IMG/VR virus record: IMGVR_UViG_3300050121_000032
Span: 2,030-66,029 of that record
Origin: a virus
Taxonomy: Duplodnaviria > Caudoviricetes
DNA length: 64,000 nucleotides
Strand: one strand, 5' to 3'
In this document: positions 38,487 through 46,011 of the stretch, piece after piece
Layout: every line of letters begins with the position of its first letter
How positions within the stretch are numbered: the first letter of the stretch is position 1
The notes under the pieces: model-generated
The model's database searches: none
What the model was told of the DNA's origin: nothing
What the model saw: only the letters and a program-made list of their open reading frames with translations
Position numbers and translations under genes: made by a program

Positions 38487-38917
38487 TAGTCGCGTATCCC
38501 CATGATCGCCTGAGTGTGGTAGGCGCGCAGCTCTTCCCGCACCTTGGGCTCGGACGCTACCCAAATCTCGTGGATGCGGTCAAGATGATCCTGATCGAGC
38601 AGCGACCACGGCGATGCGCTGACACGCTCTATTTTGGTACCGTCTTGCGTGATGAACGCCTCGGGAGCGGGCACGCCTTGCTCCTCCAGCATGTCGTTGA
38701 TCCGTGCATCCATGGCACGGTTCATCTGCCCGTAGTCGAAGGGCGTGTCCACCATCGCCGACGAGATGCCGTAGATGTGATGGCGCAGATCGTAGTTGGC
38801 GCAGTGCCCAGAGCGCGGACATTGATCTTCCGGACGACAACCGCAGCACGGTGCCGTGTAGTCGACGAAGCCTTCGCTGTCGAGCTGTGGGTCTCGCAGA
38901 AACTTAGTCTTGTCCAT
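38486..38917 (-). CDS. hypothetical protein with Cys-rich N-terminus
   Basis: GAGGAG RBS; CCGC...C...C. Confidence 0.65.
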   Translation of the reverse strand: MDKTKFLRDPQLDSEGFVDYTAPCCGCRPEDQCPRSGHCANYDLRHHIYGISSAMVDTPFDYGQMNRAMDARINDMLEEQGVPAPEAFITQDGTKIERVSASPWSLLDQDHLDRIHEIWVASEPKVREELRAYHTQAIMGIRD

Positions 38918-38922
38918 AGTGG

Positions 38923-39117
38923 CTACTCCTCAGTTGCCTTGTTGTAAGCGTTGAACTTGGCCACTGCCTGCTTGTGTGTGCAGTGGTTCGACGCTGCTCG
39001 AATGAGAAGCGCAACGGTGGCTCGCACCATGTTGCCCTTGGCATGTTCTAGCTCCGCCCTTGCCACCTTCAGGCGAAGGCGAAGCAGGTCTTCGTAGTGG
39101 TTATCCAGCCGTCGCAT
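38923..39117 (-). CDS. hypothetical protein
   Basis: GAGG RBS; overlapping chain. Confidence 0.5.
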   Translation of the reverse strand: MRRLDNHYEDLLRLRLKVARAELEHAKGNMVRATVALLIRAASNHCTHKQAVAKFNAYNKATEE

Positions 39118-39424
39118 CGCCCTCGTCCTCCTCTTCGAGTGCTCTCTCACGATCCTCGGCCTCGAACTCTTCGATGCCTTGGGCTGTCTCAGGCGTCAGC
39201 TCGCCGTGCAGGAAGTGCTCAGCCAGCGCCTTCTGGTGCTCCACATTGGGCACACCCTCGTCGTATTGCATGATCACGCCGTTCTCGGGCTTGATGGTCT
39301 CGTGCACCATGGCGCTGACGCGCCTCGCCTTCTCACGTTCACCTTGGCCCTTGGCCCGATAGGTGAGCGCCTTGATCTCGCGCTTCAGCAGGCGAGCATC
39401 TTTCTTACTGATCTTCTGTCGCAT
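39101..39424 (-). CDS. hypothetical protein
   Basis: AGGAGGAG RBS; basic N-terminus, acidic C-terminus. Confidence 0.7.
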   Translation of the reverse strand: MRQKISKKDARLLKREIKALTYRAKGQGEREKARRVSAMVHETIKPENGVIMQYDEGVPNVEHQKALAEHFLHGELTPETAQGIEEFEAEDRERALEEEDEGDATAG

Positions 39425-39530
39425 GTGGCTCCTCCTGATGGGTGTACGGCAGGTGCAGCCCGTACTCGTTAAGTATTTCCCTGATCTCGTTCAGCGTGAC
39501 CCTGCCCAGATTGGGGACGCCTCGAAATGG
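39405..39530 (-). pseudogene. RNA polymerase alpha-CTD-like fragment without a nearby in-frame start
   Basis: RGVPNLGRVTLNEIREILNEYGLHL resembles the alpha-CTD PNLGxKSLxEIKxxL..GL helix-hairpin. Confidence 0.4.
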
Positions 39531-39579
39531 TGCTGGCCTACAATGCCGACCAGCGGGCGGGCTTGCGCCCTTGGTATCT

Positions 39580-39831
39580 TCACGAATGGGTGTAGCCGTC
39601 GGGTTCGATGCCCAGCCACATGCCCGACCACGGCAGCATGACGCAACCCGGTCCGGGTTGCACCCTCTTGCGGAACCGCCGATACTGGATCGTCGGCACC
39701 TTGACGATGCTGTCCCTGCCACTCCCCGGCCACATGATCGCTCGTTTGCCGGGTGACAGCCATCGTGGGAAGTCCCGCTGGAACACCCTGAAGATCGCTT
39801 CACGCTGTAACCTTGTTGTCTTGACCATCAC
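39580..39831 (-). CDS. hypothetical protein
   Basis: GAGGAG RBS; ends GMWLGIEPDGYTHS. Confidence 0.7.
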   Translation of the reverse strand: MMVKTTRLQREAIFRVFQRDFPRWLSPGKRAIMWPGSGRDSIVKVPTIQYRRFRKRVQPGPGCVMLPWSGMWLGIEPDGYTHS

Positions 39832-39866
39832 CGTGCTCCTCAGCCGGTTCGAGAGGTGGGAAGGGT

Positions 39867-39881
39867 TTACCGCGGCGGTAA
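39867..39881. promoter_or_regulatory. dispersed palindrome TTACCG-CGG-CGGTAA (intergenic)
   Basis: exact motif match. Confidence 0.85.
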
Positions 39882-39954
39882 GTGGGGCGGCGAGTTAGCG
39901 TTTGCACCCTTGCGGAGTGTGCTTGTTCTCGCCGCCCCTACCCGGCCGGGGTTC

Positions 39955-40203
39955 CTAGTCGAAGCGGCCGACGAGGGTGCAGCCATTGGTGCAGGCCGGA
40001 TGACCACACGATGCAGCGCACACCTGATGCGGGGCGAGGTGCCTTTTGCCGAACACAGGGCGCAGCCCGTTGTGGCTCGGGGTGAAGCAGGCCAGAGTGG
40101 GCGTCTTGCCGTACACGATCTGGCGCTCGAACTGCTGTGCCTTATAGAAGGCAGCGGCGGCGGCGGGGTCACGATTGTACAACTTGCGGGAGAATGAGGT
40201 CAT
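39955..40203 (-). CDS. first leftward early gene, Cys-rich C-terminus
   Basis: GAGGAG RBS; CAASCGHPACTNGC. Confidence 0.6.
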   Translation of the reverse strand: MTSFSRKLYNRDPAAAAAFYKAQQFERQIVYGKTPTLACFTPSHNGLRPVFGKRHLAPHQVCAASCGHPACTNGCTLVGRFD

Positions 40204-40436
40204 TGGATGCTCCTCAGCGATCCGGGTTTGTGCCCTGCACCCCCTGATGGGGATCGACGCCAGTTGGGGCGCGAGGGTCGCATTTGGCCCGTCGGGCCGG
40301 CCTCGCGCGCGCAGAAGCATCGCCCGCGCGTTGGTTCACTGGTGGCTGGCGCCACCCTTTTTAGGCTCTGCAGGAGGGGATTTTATAGCTGCAGCGCTGG
40401 CGCGCTGCAGCCGCTGGCGCTCCTTTACGTTTTTCT

Positions 40437-40990
40437 GGACATTTAGCCTAATCGTTAACGTATGGGGGTTCCATCACTCGTCTGTGATTGGCCATTTATC
40501 GGACATTTAGCGATGTGGTTAACGTATGGGGGTTCCATCACGGGTTTGTGTTGGGACATTTATGGGGCTGGAGCGAGCCATGTCATTTTGTGGGTCTACC
40601 TTGGCACCTTCTCGAATAAATGGCCTAAATGTCCAAATGTCCCAGCATACCCTCGGACCGGTTGGTACCACCCACTTAAAGAAAGGTAAATGCGAAGGTG
40701 TACCCACTTAAGAAAGGGTAAAGATCGGCTAAGTCACTCGAAAATATGGTGAAAAGGCCACGAACCCCCTATTTGTTCTTTTAAGATAGACATTTGGACA
40801 TTTAGGATTTTCCTGCCGTTGTTAACCTACGGTTTTGCCCCAAATCGCCTGCCTACCCAAAATGGGTATGGGGGGTATGGGGGGTACGACCGGTGGGGGG
40901 GAGTATGCTGGACATTTGGACATTTGGACATTTAAGAAAAGGTTAAGATGAAAAGGTAGCAAGATCAAACACTTAGCTATTATAGCGTAA
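40437..40990. repeat. repeat-rich non-coding control region (GGACATTT iterons, 41-bp direct repeat, long imperfect inverted repeat); candidate origin or genome-end region
   Basis: GGACATTT at 40437, 40501, 40554, 40796, 40910, 40918, 40926 and inverted at 40627, 40635; AT-richer; lies between divergent arms. Confidence 0.7.
40932..40946. promoter_or_regulatory. CtrA-type box TTAA-N7-TTAA
   Basis: TTAAGAAAAGGTTAA. Confidence 0.55.
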
Positions 40991-41290
40991 AAGTCGGCTG
41001 ATTTGGACATATAGTCTTACTCTGATACCGTCGAGCTATGCGTTTTGCGCAATGGTCTTTTTGAGGTTACATTCTCGTAAGGTACTACCTTGATACCTTG
41101 AAACCGCTCAGCAGCTTCTCTTCCAGCCTTGGGCTGGCAGGCTGGCGCCAGCCTTCCCGCGCGCGGATGTGAAGAACGCGCGCATCACGCGCGTGTGGTC
41201 TGTCCTGCCGTGAAAGCCGGCGACGCCGTTTGCCCGACGGGCCAAAGGCATCGGCCAACCGGTCGACAACCCAACGTTGAGGAGCGTAAA

Positions 41291-41473
41291 ATGGATATCA
41301 AGGTACAGGGCGACAAGCTGGTTATCACCATTGACATTTCGGCTGAAGCCTTCAAGGGCGCACTGCCCTCTTCCAGCGGCAAAACCCGGGTGGTCGCTTC
41401 CACCCATGGTTTCGCCAACTATGTGACGCCCAACGGTTCGCTGGGCCTTTCCCTGAATGCCACCACGAAGTGA
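41291..41473 (+). CDS. small hypothetical protein (60 aa)
   Basis: GAGGAG RBS; MDIKVQGDKLVITID...PSSSGKTRVVASTHG. Confidence 0.8.
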   Translation: MDIKVQGDKLVITIDISAEAFKGALPSSSGKTRVVASTHGFANYVTPNGSLGLSLNATTK

Positions 41474-41613
41474 GGTTTCCCCTGCCCGGCTAGCGTCGGG
41501 CAGGCACTCCACCGCCCGGCCCTTGCTGGTATCCCCCCACCAGCATGGACCGGGCGGCCCCATCTCACTGCGTGAGACGTACCCTGAAAATATATTTTGG
41601 TCCAAAAGGTATA

Positions 41614-41628
41614 TTAACCTTTTGTTAA
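41614..41628. promoter_or_regulatory. CtrA-type box TTAA-N7-TTAA
   Basis: TTAACCTTTTGTTAA, intergenic. Confidence 0.65.
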
Positions 41629-41781
41629 GGTACCACCCCCTAAAACACTCAGACGACATGGTTGCGGGCACAGGTTGCCCAAAGGCGTTGTGCTTACCGG
41701 GAGCGATACCCCGACGAAGAGGCCCCCGAGACCACAGGGGGCCTTTACCTTTTATAAAGGTACCGCCCCCAAAATCCCCCC

Positions 41782-41991
41782 ATGTCCGAAGCCCTTAAAC
41801 GCCTCACCAGATGTGGCCGCTGCGGCGACTGGTTCTATCGCTGCCCGCACATCGGAGTGCCGGTGAAAATGGCCGACGAAGAAGCCGAGCGCGTCCGGGC
41901 CCGCTACGCGATCGGCCGGCGGCTCAATCCGGAGCATGACGTGACCAGTTACCGTGACGGTAAAGACATAGGAGACCCCAATGTGGTTTGA
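41782..41991 (+). CDS. small hypothetical protein (CxxC)
   Basis: CGRCGDWFYRC. Confidence 0.5.
   Translation: MSEALKRLTRCGRCGDWFYRCPHIGVPVKMADEEAERVRARYAIGRRLNPEHDVTSYRDGKDIGDPNVV
41949..41963. promoter_or_regulatory. dispersed palindrome TTACCG-TGA-CGGTAA (YRDGK, just upstream of the next RBS)
   Basis: exact motif match. Confidence 0.85.
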
Positions 41992-42112
41992 AGCTGGAGA
42001 GTACGCATGGCCCGGAGTGAACTTCCTTCTCCACTGCGGGGGTATCGCCCTTTTGATTGGCGCGCTCACCCTCGCCTATAACGTTCACCGATCGTGGAGC
42101 GCGCCATCATGA
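41981..42112 (+). CDS. small membrane protein (43 aa, not in ORF track)
   Basis: AGGAG RBS; hydrophobic stretch; ATGA overlap. Confidence 0.55.
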   Translation: MWFEAGEYAWPGVNFLLHCGGIALLIGALTLAYNVHRSWSAPS

Positions 42113-42387
42113 TCCTCTCGATCGTAGTCACCGTCTGCCATATGGCACTCAGCGCGCCACCCGACCAAGGCTACCTGATCGAGCCCGAGCGGATGCGCCC
42201 TGCCAGCTTTATGGACCTATGTCACGATGATGTGCTCGCCGAGGAAGATATGCCCATGCAGACCTGCATGCTCAGCGAGCCGCAGATCGCCTACTGGAAA
42301 GAGCACAGTGTCTACGCCGCGTCGGGCTGGACGGTAAAAAAGTGGAGGTGCATCCCCGGTCACTATGTCGTGAAGGATGCGATCTAG
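42109..42387 (+). CDS. hypothetical secreted-like protein
   Basis: Hydrophobic N-terminus, four Cys, VKKWRC. Confidence 0.65.
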   Translation: MILSIVVTVCHMALSAPPDQGYLIEPERMRPASFMDLCHDDVLAEEDMPMQTCMLSEPQIAYWKEHSVYAASGWTVKKWRCIPGHYVVKDAI

Positions 42388-42433
42388 CAAAGCTCCTGCT
42401 TCTTGTGCTGCGCGCGCCACCGACCCGGTGCCA

Positions 42434-42448
42434 TTAAGGTTCTATTAA
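42434..42448. promoter_or_regulatory. CtrA-type box TTAA-N7-TTAA
   Basis: TTAAGGTTCTATTAA, intergenic. Confidence 0.65.
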
Positions 42449-42635
42449 GGTGTCACGGGCAAGGATTTGTCGCGGGCAAAAGCCCTACCAGGATAATGGT
42501 GGTGCCGGGCCTGATGTCCAGAGACCGGGTGGGCGTTGGAACTCACGCCTGATCTCTGGTGGGAAACTTGGTGGCGGCATCGTCGCTGCCTCCGTTACAG
42601 CTCGCCGGCAGTACGCGCCGGGGAGCATCAATACA

Positions 42636-42650
42636 TTAAGACTTCCTTAA
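42636..42650. promoter_or_regulatory. CtrA-type box TTAA-N7-TTAA
   Basis: TTAAGACTTCCTTAA, intergenic. Confidence 0.65.
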
Positions 42651-42772
42651 GGGGAGTAACAGGGTCGAGCGGAAATCGTTCGATCACGTTGTGGTGAAGC
42701 GCGTCGGACCCTACGGATGTACTAGGGGACCACCCGACTACCTTCCCACCTTGATGTCGAGAAGGATGCGCG

Positions 42773-43084
42773 ATGGCGGCCAGCTTCGACGAACATATCT
42801 TCCGGGAAGCCCGGGTCATTGCGCTCTGCTGCACGCTCCCGAGCAAGGCGGCCGCGCTCGAGGAGGCCTCCGGTGCGTGCCGGGAAGTTTTCGATCGCTT
42901 CAATATATCGGCGAGCCGCACGGACTTTCAGCTGCTGGTGGGTCTCTGGACCCGCATGCTCCTCGCGATGGACGACTGCGGCCCGTGGCTCGGCAAGGGT
43001 CCTCCTGATCCTGATCGACTGGCTCACTCAGATCAGGCCGTTGCCAAGGACGTGGCGGCAGTTCTGGCGTCGGATCGGAGCTAA
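42773..43084 (+). CDS. hypothetical protein
   Basis: AAGGA RBS. Confidence 0.6.
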   Translation: MAASFDEHIFREARVIALCCTLPSKAAALEEASGACREVFDRFNISASRTDFQLLVGLWTRMLLAMDDCGPWLGKGPPDPDRLAHSDQAVAKDVAAVLASDRS

Positions 43085-43107
43085 CAAATCGTAAAGGACC
43101 ACCCGGT

Positions 43108-43377
43108 ATGTTCGACTTCTCTGCGATCTTCGGCAAGGGGCTCGACGCCACCACCGATAGAGAACTTCTTCATCACATCATAAAGGAACTTCACACCATG
43201 GCAGTCGATGTCTCCAAGCTCTCCGCTGCAGTCGCCAAGCTCTCCACCGACGTGGACACGCTCGTCGCTGCGCATACCGATCCGGCCGCGCAGAACGCGG
43301 TCGATGCAGCCACCGCGGCCGTCGAAGGTCTCTCCGTCAAGGTCGAGGCCGCACTGGCGCCGGCGCCCGCGGCTTAA
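43108..43377 (+). CDS. Ala-rich coiled-coil hypothetical protein (alternative start 43198)
   Basis: AAGGA RBS before both starts. Confidence 0.65.
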   Translation: MFDFSAIFGKGLDATTDRELLHHIIKELHTMAVDVSKLSAAVAKLSTDVDTLVAAHTDPAAQNAVDAATAAVEGLSVKVEAALAPAPAA

Positions 43378-43501
43378 CCATCCTTCAACCCGCTCCCCGA
43401 TATAAAGGGAGCGGGCCCGCGCCGCGCGCGATCGGATCAATCTCCGCCGGTCACCGTTGGGGGTGTTGCGATGCGGGCCCACTCTCTCCCGGAGAATACC
43501 A

Positions 43502-43618
43502 ATGCTGATCGCGGCAATCGCCATCCTCTACATCATCCTCGGGCTCGGGCTCGCCGCCGCTGTTGTCGCCGGATATTTCTACTGGCTCTCCGCCAACGGC
43601 AAGAACCCGTTCCAGTAA
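43502..43618 (+). CDS. small single-TM membrane protein (38 aa, not in ORF track)
   Basis: GGAG RBS; MLIAAIAILYIILGLGLAAAVVAGYFYW... Confidence 0.6.
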   Translation: MLIAAIAILYIILGLGLAAAVVAGYFYWLSANGKNPFQ

Positions 43619-43639
43619 TTCAATTCAATGTGAGGTTCG

Positions 43640-43837
43640 ATGCTGTTGACAATCACGCTTGCGTGGTCACTGGCCAAGTGTTGCCCCATCGTGGATCACT
43701 ACCGGCAACAAGGTTTCACGGACGCGCAGATCGAAGAAGGCGCCCGCGCGCAGGGTGTTCCGTCTTGGATCATCGCGCTGGCGAAGCGACATTGCAAAGC
43801 GCAAGTCCCGAACAGCTCACTTCGTAAAGATAGTTGA
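43640..43837 (+). CDS. small hypothetical protein
   Basis: GAGG RBS. Confidence 0.55.
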   Translation: MLLTITLAWSLAKCCPIVDHYRQQGFTDAQIEEGARAQGVPSWIIALAKRHCKAQVPNSSLRKDS

Positions 43838-43896
43838 CACCGGACAAAACGTCGCATCTATTCGAGAGGCAGTCGCGTCACGGGGAAAAAACAAAA

Positions 43897-44478
43897 ATGA
43901 ATGCGCTCACCGTCGTTGAACAAGACCCAAGCCTCAAGCCCTTCGCCGACGCCATCGCGATCCGCATGGCCGACGAAGGGATACCAGTCCGGGCTATCGC
44001 GCGCTCGGTGAGACTTCCATCAGAAGACGTCTACGAAATTCTCAAGGAAGCAATTGGCCGCGGCTCACTCGTCGAGCTACCAAAAGATGACTGGCCGGCC
44101 GGGACTACACGGGGCTCACGCAGTGCATTCAACAGGACATCAGTCGAAACCGACGAAGCTCTCAAAGCCGCATGCGCAAGGGTGTTTCGTGCCACCCCAC
44201 TGGAAGCCGCATTGCTGGCCGTCCTGCTAAGGCGGGGCCAAGTAACCAAGACACAGCTGCACATCGTCATCGAGCAGAACCGCCCGAGTGAAAACCGGGA
44301 GGAGACCGACCCCAAGATGGTCGACGTGATGATCTGCCACCTCCGCAAAAAACTGAAGCCGCACAAGATCGAGATCACGACGATGTGGGGCCTCGGCTAC
44401 CTTATCGAGACGTCGCACCGCACGAAAGCGGTCGCGCTGCTGCAACCGCCGGAAGAGCTAAAGGTGATCTGTGGCTGA
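43897..44478 (+). CDS. transcriptional regulator: N-terminal HTH + OmpR/PhoB-type winged helix resembling the CtrA DNA-binding domain
   Basis: KMVDVMICHLRKKL...ITTMWGLGY vs CtrA KIIDVFICKLRKKL...IETVWGRGY; GIPVRAIARSV HTH; no receiver domain. Confidence 0.8.
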   Translation: MNALTVVEQDPSLKPFADAIAIRMADEGIPVRAIARSVRLPSEDVYEILKEAIGRGSLVELPKDDWPAGTTRGSRSAFNRTSVETDEALKAACARVFRATPLEAALLAVLLRRGQVTKTQLHIVIEQNRPSENREETDPKMVDVMICHLRKKLKPHKIEITTMWGLGYLIETSHRTKAVALLQPPEELKVICG

Positions 44479-44836
44479 CCCGATCTTTGACGAAGCGTAC
44501 ATCATGCACCTGCTCAACGCGCCGCCCTCGCTGGAGAACTGTGAGTTCCACCAGACCGGCGCCGCGCAAGCACTGGTCGATCTCTACGATCGCAAGGTGA
44601 CACGGGAGGAGTTTATCGCTGCCGCCTCGCAGTGCCTCTCGCTCTACAGCACGACGTCGAAGCTGCGCATGGTTCACGCCATCAGGGATACCTTCGACAC
44701 CGACGGGCTCAGCAAGGAGAAGTTCGACAAGGCCGACCACGACTGCCGCGAGGTGATCACCAAGCAAGCGGGCGTACTGATCGCCACGGTGAAGCGCCTG
44801 ATGCAGTGTCCGCTGTCCGAGGACAAAGTCCATTGA
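44471..44836 (+). CDS. hypothetical protein
   Basis: GTG start with AAGGTG RBS, overlapping chain. Confidence 0.65.
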   Translation: MADPIFDEAYIMHLLNAPPSLENCEFHQTGAAQALVDLYDRKVTREEFIAAASQCLSLYSTTSKLRMVHAIRDTFDTDGLSKEKFDKADHDCREVITKQAGVLIATVKRLMQCPLSEDKVH

Positions 44837-45000
44837 AGAGGATCATCTCCAGCGAGGGCGTTCTGCCGGCTGGCCTGTTCATCACGAACGGCCCAACCTA
44901 CGGCCTCGGCTATAACGGCGCGGGAACGGGCTGCTACCGCTGGCTCCTCGGCTGGTCGCCGTGGGTTGGTTGGCGCCGCTGCTGGGAGCGGATCACATGA
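44833..45000 (+). CDS. small hypothetical protein
   Basis: TTGA and ATGA overlaps on both sides. Confidence 0.4.
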   Translation: MKRIISSEGVLPAGLFITNGPTYGLGYNGAGTGCYRWLLGWSPWVGWRRCWERIT

Positions 45001-45722
45001 CCGACCACGTCGACACAGGCTTCGACGCAGTGCTCGCCGGCGAGGTGTGGACCCCGCCGGAAGAGCCGCAACCAACCATCACCATATCTGAAGCGCCACC
45101 GCAGGAGCCGCACACCTGCGCGAACGCGCATGGCGGCACCACCTGCGACGTCTGCTTCGGCCCAGTTACCGCGACGGTAACTCCCGGCCTCACCCCCGCC
45201 GGCGTGCAGGCCGCGAAGGCACTCGTCCAGCTGCCGCCCTTGTCGCCACCCGATCTGGCGAAGCTCGCGCGCGAGATGGCGATGGACATCAAGGAGCGCT
45301 CCGCGATCCTCACCGAGTTCAAGCTTAGCGAGACCCAGTATGACTTCCTCGAAGCGAACAACGAGTTCTACAAGGCCGCGCTCCACGCCGCCTGCATCGA
45401 GTGGCACGCTCCTCTCTCCACTCAGGAGAGGATTAAGGTTGAGGCTGCAGCGATCCTCGAAGACAGCCTCCCCGGTCTGGGCGCTCGAATGCAGAACAAA
45501 GGGGAAGGCCTACCCGGGGTTATCGAAGCTGCTAAGCTATTTGCAAAAGTCGCCGGTGTTGGTGAGCGAGAAGTTGGGCCGGGAAATTCTGGCGAACGTT
45601 TCGTTATTAACATTGACCTCGGCGGAGACCAAAAAATTACCGTTGAAACGGCGCCAGCTCCGACAGCGGCTGTTCAATCGGATCATGTGCGCGCGCTTCC
45701 GAAGGACGGAGGCACGTCGTGA
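44997..45722 (+). CDS. putative terminase small subunit
   Basis: Helical core, C-terminal GERFVINIDLG strand; upstream of TerL. Confidence 0.55.
   Translation: MTDHVDTGFDAVLAGEVWTPPEEPQPTITISEAPPQEPHTCANAHGGTTCDVCFGPVTATVTPGLTPAGVQAAKALVQLPPLSPPDLAKLAREMAMDIKERSAILTEFKLSETQYDFLEANNEFYKAALHAACIEWHAPLSTQERIKVEAAAILEDSLPGLGARMQNKGEGLPGVIEAAKLFAKVAGVGEREVGPGNSGERFVINIDLGGDQKITVETAPAPTAAVQSDHVRALPKDGGTS
45166..45180. promoter_or_regulatory. dispersed palindrome TTACCG-CGA-CGGTAA (intragenic, VTATV)
   Basis: exact motif match. Confidence 0.85.
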
Positions 45723-46011
45723 GCAGAGCAACCGCTACGCCGCCAGCCCCAAGGGCAGGCGCCGCAATAGGGCCTTCAAGGCCTCCCCGAAAGGGCTGGA
45801 GTGCCAGCGCCGCTACGATAATTCATTATTAGGACTTGAGCGCTACCGTCGGGCTGGATCATCACCGGCCGGGCTTGAGCGTCGACGCAGGTTCAACAAC
45901 TCGCCCAAGGGCATCGAGAACATCTGGAGATACAGGAATGGCATCCAGCGAACGCAAGACCGACCAAGAGAAGCTGGCGGACGCGATGGTGATCATCCGC
46001 GAAAAAAATAA
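45685..46011 (+). CDS. basic protein built of 13-aa [YF]xxS[PL]xG repeats (start uncertain)
   Basis: YAASPKG, FKASPKG, YDNSLLG, AGSSPAG, FNNSPKG at 13-aa period; fills the gap between neighbours. Confidence 0.5.
   Translation: MCARFRRTEARREQSNRYAASPKGRRRNRAFKASPKGLECQRRYDNSLLGLERYRRAGSSPAGLERRRRFNNSPKGIENIWRYRNGIQRTQDRPREAGGRDGDHPRKK

Noticed and set aside
15507-39881. Palindromes as simple intrinsic terminators or REP/MITE insertions
   Set aside because: Only 6-bp arms with a 3-nt loop, no consistent U-tract, sequence (not just pairing) is conserved, many copies lie inside ORFs, and flanks are not shared.
35757-40218. Recurrent CTGAGGAG upstream of early genes as a novel motif
   Set aside because: Adequately explained as a strong Shine-Dalgarno sequence.
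42651-42750. tRNA gene
   Set aside because: Acceptor-like stem present, but GTTCGA is in the 5' hairpin and there is no canonical D/anticodon/T arm order; kept only as an ncRNA candidate.
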